Assembly: GCA_043818055.1 (NCBI GenBank)
Contig: JBDRGF010000138.1
Location: forward strand, 1 to 13,936
Direction: 5' to 3'
Origin: Pseudomonadota bacterium
GTDB taxonomy: Bacteria; UBA10199; 2-02-FULL-44-16; JBDRGF01
DNA: 13,936 nucleotides
Part shown: positions 7,691 through 13,936 of the stretch, piece by piece
Numbering within the stretch: position 1 is the first letter of the stretch
Layout: the number at the start of each line of letters is the position of its first letter
Translations under genes and position numbers: made by a program
The notes under the pieces: model-generated
What the model was told of the DNA's origin: nothing
Database searches by the model: none
The model's input: the letters and a program-made list of their open reading frames with translations, nothing else

Positions 7691-8227
7691 ATGATGAGAA
7701 TCATTTTATATATTCTTATCGTGTCATTTATCTCTCTTATTGTAATGGCAGGAGGTCAGATGAAGCTCACTTCAACTGTCTTTGACGACAAGGCCAAGGT
7801 TCCACAGGAATATGTCATGGCGGCCGCCGGTGGGAGTAATATCTCTATTCCACTAGCGTGGGAGCATGCGCCGGAGGGAGTGAAGTTCTTTGCGATTTCA
7901 ATCGTGGACCATCACCCGATGGCGTCAAGGTGGGTGCACTGGCTGGTCATAGATATTCCAGCAAATGTCACCTCGCTCGCCAGAGGCGCATCACAGAAAA
8001 ATATGCCAAAAGGTTCACTGGAGTTGAAAAACTCATTTGGATCGGCAGGCTACGGCGGCCCGCAGCCTCCAAAGGGCAGAGGCGATCACGCCTACGTTAT
8101 CACTATATATGCGCTCAATGCTGATTCCCTCTCGCTTGGCGACTCTGTAACTGAGGCTCAGTTTCTAAAAGCAATAGAAGGTAAAGTGTTGGGATCGGCA
8201 CATATTACGGGATACTATGGGAGATAA
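7691..8227 (+). CDS. YbhB/YbcL family Raf kinase inhibitor-like (PEBP) protein
   Basis: MKLTS start of domain, NISIPLAW, WVHWLVIDIP, NSFGSAGYGGPQPPKG..HAYVITIYAL; hydrophobic N-terminal leader; alternative ATG at 7760. Confidence 0.92.
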   Translation: MMRIILYILIVSFISLIVMAGGQMKLTSTVFDDKAKVPQEYVMAAAGGSNISIPLAWEHAPEGVKFFAISIVDHHPMASRWVHWLVIDIPANVTSLARGASQKNMPKGSLELKNSFGSAGYGGPQPPKGRGDHAYVITIYALNADSLSLGDSVTEAQFLKAIEGKVLGSAHITGYYGR

Positions 8228-8229
8228 AG

Positions 8230-8313
8230 CAATATCCAATTAACAATAATCAATCTTCATTATAGAAATTGTTAATTGGGTATTGAGTATTGGAAATTAT
8301 TTATTGTTAATTT
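8230..8313. repeat. Inverted heptamer array, probable bidirectional terminator between convergent genes
   Basis: caatatc caattaa caataat caatctt cattata, then gaaattg ttaattg ggtattg agtattg gaaatta tttattg ttaattt; 8230-8247 pairs with 8268-8285 (18 bp, one G:U). Confidence 0.75.
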
Positions 8314-9272
8314 TCCGATAGATACATTATCGCCCCCGCAGCTGCTGCATTGTACCATCTTTTTGAAGCGTTGTTGAAAGAGCATTGGAACGTGATCGCT
8401 TCCCCTTTTTTCATGGCGACCCCCTTTGGATCGATGAATGGATTGTTCTCAAGGTTTTTTATGCGATAATTTTCGTCGAGCTCTGCTTGTGCCCGCCAGA
8501 AGGGAATAGGATCGGTATCCTTTGAAATAGCCAGCGTTACGCCATAATCCTGCAAAATTCCGTTAGCCAGAATCAATCGCGACGCGTTCTCGATCCTGAA
8601 GGTCTTAGCCTTTTCAACTATTTCATCCTTTTCAATCTTGATAGGTTTATGTTCACACGGGTCGAGATCGACCATGACGGGTTTTAGATCCTTCATCTTA
8701 ACAAATTCGTTCATCGGCTTTGTGATGAGTTTTAGCTCGAAGGTAACTCCCAAAAATCCCCCTTCGGTTTCATTTTGCAAAACAACCTCCACCTGCAGTG
8801 GATCAGAGGGGAGGAGGGGATAGGCATACCCTAAAGGAAATTCGATCTCGGTCAGCGCGGACGAAGCAATCATGATCGGATTTCCCTTCTTTGCCTCGCT
8901 GCACAGCGGATTTGATTCGTGCTGATTGTAGATGATAGCGCGATGAATGAGCTCTCCGGGGAGCTTTTTGCCTAAGCCATCAACGACAGCAGGTTTAAAT
9001 CCGATCACCCACACAGGTTCTCCCACCTGAAATTTCATCGTGAGCGGTTTATCTAACATCTCTGTCGGATCGGTATTCGGCTTGAGGTCTATAGGACCTA
9101 TATGGAATATGAATTCTTTTAAGTCTGTCCGGACTATTGTCTCCGAATCATCAGAGTTCGAAGGGGAATTGCTGTTATTGAAATCCGGGCTATTAAGGCC
9201 GCCACCGCTCCCTTCGCAGGATGAAAAAAGCAGGATCACAAGCAAAAATGATGTAAGTTTAAGTAATTTCAT
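8307..9272 (-). CDS. Lipoprotein with copper type II monooxygenase-like (PHM/PNGase F fold) two-domain layout
   Basis: Lipobox LFSSC and a Ser/Asn linker; segments IGPIDLKP, WVIGFKP.VVD, LIHRAII, DYG, GEAITF..SFNN follow the PHM-like motif order. Fold assignment is by eye. Confidence 0.65.
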   Translation of the reverse strand: MKLLKLTSFLLVILLFSSCEGSGGGLNSPDFNNSNSPSNSDDSETIVRTDLKEFIFHIGPIDLKPNTDPTEMLDKPLTMKFQVGEPVWVIGFKPAVVDGLGKKLPGELIHRAIIYNQHESNPLCSEAKKGNPIMIASSALTEIEFPLGYAYPLLPSDPLQVEVVLQNETEGGFLGVTFELKLITKPMNEFVKMKDLKPVMVDLDPCEHKPIKIEKDEIVEKAKTFRIENASRLILANGILQDYGVTLAISKDTDPIPFWRAQAELDENYRIKNLENNPFIDPKGVAMKKGEAITFQCSFNNASKRWYNAAAAGAIMYLSEN

Positions 9273-9348
9273 ATCTTTTTATTCTCAATTTTCACCCCAA
9301 AACTCAATGTGCATCGCGGCATATTAAATGATGCAAGGTGTTACCCTA

Positions 9349-9375
9349 TCTTCGGCTGTGAAATGGGAAAGTTGC
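9349..9375 (-). promoter_or_regulatory. Sigma-28/FliA-like promoter motif
   Basis: Minus strand GCAAC-N14-GCCGAAGA upstream of the lipoprotein gene. Confidence 0.55.
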
Positions 9376-9467
9376 TTGTGTGAGGTAGGTTTTTTAAAAA
9401 GGTAAAGATTGCTGTCGACCGGCTTGGGAGATGAATATCTGCCGTTTCCGTAATGTTAACCCCTCCC

Positions 9468-9496
9468 TTGCATTTGATTTCGTACAAGTTTAGAAT
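9468..9496 (+). promoter_or_regulatory. Sigma-70-type promoter for the psd-family gene
   Basis: TTGCAT-17 nt-TAGAAT. Confidence 0.65.
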
Positions 9497-9549
9497 AACG
9501 CTGATTGAGGACACATATTAAAACGGTCTGACCACATAAAGGGGGAAAG

Positions 9550-10683
9550 ATGAGAAATATGACGAGCATCGTGCTGCGGCTGAAAAAGATGATAGATGCA
9601 AAGGAGAAATTTAAAATAGAGCTTGAAAAATGCATTACGGATGCAAACTGGACACCCCCCTATCGGGATACGGCCCTCTCCAATCTGGATGACTTCTATG
9701 AGTACCTGGATAAAATGCTGGTCACCACGCCTGTCGATTCCACATTCAGCGACCTGTTTCATGGACTCTACTTTATTGTCAGCCAGCGGGATAATAAATT
9801 TCAAAATGATCCTAACTTCGCCGAGTTTAAGAATTGGATGATCTTATACACACAGCAGTATGGCGCCTTCTTAAATAGCCCCCAGTCAGCCAACGACCTG
9901 CAGTCCTTTATAGACGACAAGGGCTTTGTGATTGAAAATTTCACGGTGCCGCCTGGCGGTTTTAACAATTTTAATACTTTTTTCTGCAGATACATCAGGC
10001 CCGGCAAGCGCCCCATAGGTACAAAAACTTTCCCCTACGAGAATGCCAGCACTGGTCTTGCCCCAAATCCAAAAGAGGACCGAAACGAGATCCACAAGAA
10101 CATGGCCGATGACAATGTGATCACTGTGCCGGCAGACAGCGTATATAGGGGTTCGTGGAAGATAAGCGAAACAGACACGATCACCGTCTCCAAGGGCAAC
10201 ACCTATAATATAGACACGTTGTTACAGCACAGCAGATATGCGGACAGGTTCAAGAACGGTATATTTACTCACAGCTATCTGACGGTTTTGACTTACCACA
10301 GATACCATACGCCGGTCCGAGGTACCGTTTTAGAGACCAAGGTAATATCGGGGGATGTTTACGCGAGCGTTACCAGAGACGATCAGGGACACCTTGGGGC
10401 TTCCGACGGCACCGGCTATCAGTTCACGCAGGAGCGCGGCCTTCTGGTTATGGACTCGCCAGTGGGTCTGGTTGCCTGTTTGCCGATCGGCATGGATGTC
10501 ATCTCGTCCTGTAATCTCAGCGTCGACGAAGGCGACTACTTGAATAAGGGTGATGAGTTTGGCAATTTCCTCTTCGGCGGTTCCGACATGATAATGCTGT
10601 TCGAGCGGGATGATATCGATATACAGCTGACAGAAATCGGCAAACTGCATAAATTGGGTCAGGTATTTGGCAAAGCTAAGTAG
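9550..10683 (+). CDS. Phosphatidylserine decarboxylase-family pyruvoyl proenzyme
   Basis: FNNFNTFFCR..RPGKRPI, VPADS, YHRYHTPV.G, KGDEFG.FLFGGSD (GS autocleavage site); SD aaggggg. Confidence 0.9.
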   Translation: MRNMTSIVLRLKKMIDAKEKFKIELEKCITDANWTPPYRDTALSNLDDFYEYLDKMLVTTPVDSTFSDLFHGLYFIVSQRDNKFQNDPNFAEFKNWMILYTQQYGAFLNSPQSANDLQSFIDDKGFVIENFTVPPGGFNNFNTFFCRYIRPGKRPIGTKTFPYENASTGLAPNPKEDRNEIHKNMADDNVITVPADSVYRGSWKISETDTITVSKGNTYNIDTLLQHSRYADRFKNGIFTHSYLTVLTYHRYHTPVRGTVLETKVISGDVYASVTRDDQGHLGASDGTGYQFTQERGLLVMDSPVGLVACLPIGMDVISSCNLSVDEGDYLNKGDEFGNFLFGGSDMIMLFERDDIDIQLTEIGKLHKLGQVFGKAK

Positions 10684-10699
10684 ATAATATCTAGGGAAT

Positions 10700-10735
10700 A
10701 AAACAAGCCCTACCTCTTGGTGGGGCTTTGTTTTG
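10700..10735 (+). terminator. Intrinsic terminator
   Basis: aagccctacc-tctt-ggtggggctt stem followed by tgttttg. Confidence 0.7.
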
Positions 10736-10808
10736 TAAACCCGTCACAACCCGTCAGAGCGAGCAAAGCGACTCTCTCAAAGCAGACAAAAAAATCTTGC
10801 TATACCCC

Positions 10809-10838
10809 TTGACTCTGGGTGAGCTGACACTATATATA
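10809..10838 (+). promoter_or_regulatory. groESL promoter (sigma-70-type)
   Basis: TTGACT at 10809-10814 and TATATATA at 10831-10838, directly upstream of CIRCE. Confidence 0.55.
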
Positions 10839-10852
10839 GGCAACCTGAGAGG

Positions 10853-10879
10853 TTAGCACTCTTTGGGTCTGAGTGCTAA
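10853..10879. promoter_or_regulatory. CIRCE element (HrcA operator)
   Basis: TTAGCACTC-tttgggtct-GAGTGCTAA, a perfect consensus with 9-nt spacer upstream of groES. Confidence 0.97.
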
Positions 10880-10928
10880 TAGATTGAAAAATAATGTTTT
10901 TTAATAGTTAACCAAAGGAGGTAGAAGT

Positions 10929-11228
10929 ATGAGTAACCTAAACTTTCGTCCGTTGCAGGACAGGGTGCTGGTAAAGAGGCTCGATGGAGAGGAAAAATCC
11001 GCAGGTGGTATCATCATTCCCGATGCTGCTAAGGAAAAACCGCAGCAGGGTGAGGTTGTAGCTGTCGGCAGCGGCAGAGTTACTGAGGATGGAAAGGTTC
11101 GTCCTCTGGATCTCAAACAAGGGGATAAGATCCTCTTCGGAAAATATTCCGGAACAGAGGTGAAATTCAGCGGTACAGAGTATTTGATCATGCGCGAGGA
11201 TGATATCCTTGGCGTCGTAACAGCTTAA
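10929..11228 (+). CDS. groES: Co-chaperonin GroES
   Basis: [49 protein letters not shown] aaggaggt. Confidence 0.99.
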   Translation: MSNLNFRPLQDRVLVKRLDGEEKSAGGIIIPDAAKEKPQQGEVVAVGSGRVTEDGKVRPLDLKQGDKILFGKYSGTEVKFSGTEYLIMREDDILGVVTA

Positions 11229-11245
11229 ATAAAAGGAGGAAAAGT

Positions 11246-12895
11246 ATGTCAGCAAAACAGATCGCATTTAGTATAGAAGCAAGGGACAAGATTAAAAAAG
11301 GCGTTGATATTTTAGCCAACGCAGTAAAAGTCACATTAGGCCCAAGGGGGCGCAATGTGGTTTTGGACAGGTCTTATGGCAGTCCGACCATCACAAAAGA
11401 TGGCGTTACGGTTGCCAAGGATGTAGAGCTCTCAGACAAGTTTGAAAACATGGGCGCTCAGATGGTGAAAGAGGTCGCTTCGAAGACCTCCGATGTCGCA
11501 GGCGACGGAACGACAACCGCGACAGTATTAGCGCAGCATATTTATTCCGAAGGTGCCAAGCTCGTAGCAGCCGGCCACAATCCGATGTCGCTCAAAAGGG
11601 GAATCGAGAAAGCAGTTGAAGCCATCGTCGAAGAGTTGAAGAATATTTCCAAGCCGACGAAGGACAAAAAGGAGATCGCGCAGGTTGGTACGATCTCAGC
11701 CAACAACGATGAAACGATTGGCAACACGATTGCCGAAGCGATGGAAAAGGTTGGCAAAGAAGGTGTCATCACAGTTGAAGAGGCCAAGAGCATGGATACC
11801 ACGCTGGATGTTGTCGAAGGTATGCAGTTCGATCGCGGCTATCTCTCTCCATATTTCGTGACCGATCCGGAGAGGATGCAAGCGACACTGAACGAGCCTT
11901 ATATCCTCATCAATGAGAAGAAGGTTTCGAGCATGAAGGATCTCTTGCCCTTGTTGGAACAGGTAGCAAAGTCAGGAAGAGGACTTCTGATCATCGCCGA
12001 AGATGTCGATGGCGAAGCTTTGGCAACACTTGTTGTCAATAAACTCCGTGGCACATTGCATGTAGCAGCAGTGAAGGCCCCGGGCTTTGGCGATCGCAGA
12101 AAGGCTATGCTCGAGGATATCGCAACCCTCACCGGCGGAAAGTTGATCGCTGAGGAACTCGGACTTAAGTTAGAGAGCATTACGCTGAACGATCTCGGAA
12201 GCGCAAAGCGCGTCACTATTGATAAAGACAACACGACCATCGTCGATGGCGCCGGAACAAAGGCAGACATCGAAGGTCGCATCAAGCAGATCAGGGCTCA
12301 GGTCGAAGAGACCACATCCGATTACGATCGCGAAAAGTTGCAGGAGAGACTCGCGAAGTTGGTCGGCGGCGTCGCCGTCATCAACGTCGGAGCAGCAACT
12401 GAGACCGAGATGAAGGAAAAGAAAGCCAGAGTTGAAGATGCACTCCACGCGACACGCGCTGCAGTCGAAGAGGGCGTTGTTCCGGGAGGAGGCGTTGCTC
12501 TGATTCGTTCTTCCATCGCGCTTGATAAAATTAAGCTAAACGATGAAGAGATGGACGGTGTCAGGATTGTAAGACGCGCCATCGAAGCTCCATGTCATTT
12601 CATCGCGCATAACGCGGGATGGGAAGGAGCTATCGTCGTAGATAAAGTAAAATCAGGAAAGGGCGCGGAGGGTTTCAATGCCCAGACATGCAAATATGAA
12701 GATCTCATGGCTGCCGGCGTTATGGATCCGACCAAGGTCGTTCGTAGCGCATTGCAGAACGCAGCCTCTGTCGCCGGCCTTATGATCACGACCGAAGCTA
12801 TGATCGCCGAGAAGCCAGATGACAAGAAGGATATGCCCCCGATGCCCGGTGGCGGCGGTATGGGTGGAATGGGCGGCATGGGTGGAATGTACTGA
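11246..12895 (+). CDS. groEL: Chaperonin GroEL
   Basis: [32 protein letters not shown], and a GGM-repeat tail. Confidence 0.99.
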   Translation: MSAKQIAFSIEARDKIKKGVDILANAVKVTLGPRGRNVVLDRSYGSPTITKDGVTVAKDVELSDKFENMGAQMVKEVASKTSDVAGDGTTTATVLAQHIYSEGAKLVAAGHNPMSLKRGIEKAVEAIVEELKNISKPTKDKKEIAQVGTISANNDETIGNTIAEAMEKVGKEGVITVEEAKSMDTTLDVVEGMQFDRGYLSPYFVTDPERMQATLNEPYILINEKKVSSMKDLLPLLEQVAKSGRGLLIIAEDVDGEALATLVVNKLRGTLHVAAVKAPGFGDRRKAMLEDIATLTGGKLIAEELGLKLESITLNDLGSAKRVTIDKDNTTIVDGAGTKADIEGRIKQIRAQVEETTSDYDREKLQERLAKLVGGVAVINVGAATETEMKEKKARVEDALHATRAAVEEGVVPGGGVALIRSSIALDKIKLNDEEMDGVRIVRRAIEAPCHFIAHNAGWEGAIVVDKVKSGKGAEGFNAQTCKYEDLMAAGVMDPTKVVRSALQNAASVAGLMITTEAMIAEKPDDKKDMPPMPGGGGMGGMGGMGGMY

Positions 12896-12900
12896 TAAAG

Positions 12901-12935
12901 CAGTTGTTAGTTTTCAGTGCTTAGTGCATAGTGAA
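12901..12935. repeat. Heptamer tandem array (cagttgt tagtttt cagtgct tagtgca tagtgaa)
   Basis: Five yagt-initiated 7-nt units starting 5 nt after the groEL stop. Confidence 0.65.
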
Positions 12936-12943
12936 ATGCAAGG

Positions 12944-12977
12944 AAGGGCGGGTATAAAACCCCGCCCTTTTATTTTG
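12944..12977 (+). terminator. groESL intrinsic terminator
   Basis: aagggcggg-tataaaac-cccgccctt followed by ttattttg. Confidence 0.85.
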
Positions 12978-12992
12978 TGCTTTCCGCTCTGC

Positions 12993-13044
12993 TCTGCCCC
13001 CCTTGTGGGGGAAGATGCCCGAAGGGCAGAAGGGGGGGGGTGGG
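12993..13044 (+). repeat. GC-rich double-hairpin REP-like element, copy 2
   Basis: tctgcccccc-ttgt-gggggaaga-tgccc-gaa-gggca-gaaggggggggg. Confidence 0.7.
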
Positions 13045-13107
13045 TCAGAAAAAGGAAACGATAGAATTATTTTGCCCTATCCCTGTTAAAATAGTAGAAA
13101 AGTTTTT

Positions 13108-13936
13108 ATGAAACGATTCTTCTTCATCATATTTTCATTATTTCTGGCGGCTTCTTGCAGCTCTTTTGATCGGGGGAGCGATAAAAAAATAAGTGTGATG
13201 GTCAGCATTGAACCTCAAGCCTATTTTTTGAAACGCATCGGTGGGGATCTTGTGGATGTGGGCGTATTGATCGGGTCGGGACAGTCGCCTCATACATATG
13301 AGCCCACTCCCCGCCAATTGGCAAAGTTATCGGATGCTAAGATATTTTTCACAATCGGATTGCCATTTGAAAGGGAGCTTACGAAAAAGATCAGTGCTCA
13401 GATGGGTCTACTCAGGATAATCGATACTAGTGCCGGAATAAAAAAGAGAGGCATGAATGATCATTCTCATCACGGTGAGATGCAGGATCCTCATGTCTGG
13501 TTGGACCCTGTGTTGGTTGCAGTTCAGGCTTCGACTATCGCCAGAGAACTAATAGTTTTGGATCCCAAACATGAAGCGTTTTATATCGGAAACCTGTCAA
13601 AGTTTATCGATGATATCAACACCGTCACGAACGAGATCGCGACAGAATTGAGCCCATATCAGGGGAAAGAATTTTATGTCTTTCATCCATCCTTCGGATA
13701 TTTTGCGGATCGATTCGGCTTAAAGGAGGTTGCAATTGAGATCGAAGGGAAGGAACCTAGTTTAAAGCAGCTGATCGAATCGATCGATGAGGCCAAAAAA
13801 AGTGGCGCAAAGGTGATCTTTGTAGAACCGCAATTTTCTGAAAAGAGCGCCAAGGTCATAGCAAGTGAGATCGATGGCAGGGTTGAGACGCTCGACCCCC
13901 TCGCAAAAGATTATTTGATGAATTTGAAAGAGATTG
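13108..13936 (+). CDS. znuA: Zn/Mn ABC transporter substrate-binding lipoprotein (ZnuA/cluster A-I), 3' truncated
   Basis: Manual translation: MKRFFFIIFSLFLAASC (lipobox), VSIEPQ, SPHTYEPTP, short DHSHH loop, DPHVWLDP, FHPSFGYFA, GKEPS, IFVEPQF, LDPLA; frame is open to the window end. Confidence 0.92.
   Translation, partial: MKRFFFIIFSLFLAASCSSFDRGSDKKISVMVSIEPQAYFLKRIGGDLVDVGVLIGSGQSPHTYEPTPRQLAKLSDAKIFFTIGLPFERELTKKISAQMGLLRIIDTSAGIKKRGMNDHSHHGEMQDPHVWLDPVLVAVQASTIARELIVLDPKHEAFYIGNLSKFIDDINTVTNEIATELSPYQGKEFYVFHPSFGYFADRFGLKEVAIEIEGKEPSLKQLIESIDEAKKSGAKVIFVEPQFSEKSAKVIASEIDGRVETLDPLAKDYLMNLKEI

Noticed and set aside
8230..8313. CRISPR array
   Set aside because: Units are 7 nt with no unique spacers, and no cas genes are present.
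10738..10778. aacccgtca direct repeat and a weak hairpin upstream of the groES promoter
   Set aside because: Only two 9-nt copies and no recognisable family; could be a repeat remnant or chance.
10901..13064. Antisense and alternate-frame ORFs over groES/groEL (likewise over gyrB, gatD and the psd-family gene)
   Set aside because: Shadow ORFs of strongly conserved genes with no motifs; ORF 12819..13064 merely runs through the terminator and repeat.
13050..13107. Zur box upstream of znuA
   Set aside because: No convincing palindrome; only an extended -10-like TGtTAAAAT at 13084-13092.

Overview
Bacterial chromosomal window; lineage cannot be fixed from sequence alone, though gyrB and groEL look deltaproteobacterial-like. 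Conserved genes: the 3' end of gyrB, gatD (Glu-tRNA(Gln) amidotransferase subunit D, normally archaeal, here without an adjacent gatE), a YbhB/YbcL (PEBP) protein, a phosphatidylserine decarboxylase-family proenzyme, groES-groEL with a perfect CIRCE, and the 5' part of a ZnuA-type metal-binding lipoprotein. Between them lie orphan-like genes: a secreted Asp-box beta-propeller, an HExxH membrane protein split by one in-frame TAG, two tandem FHA paralogues sharing an unrecognised N-terminal domain, a lipoprotein resembling copper monooxygenases without its Cu ligands, and two small membrane proteins. Main observations: (1) a recurring sigma-28/FliA-like promoter motif (RYAAC-N14/15-GCCGATAA-like) precedes four orphan genes, whereas conserved genes carry sigma-70-type promoters; (2) gatD appears to be leaderless; (3) four intergenic 7-nt-periodic arrays start just after stop codons; (4) two copies of a GC-rich double-hairpin REP-like element, one with an expanded loop.
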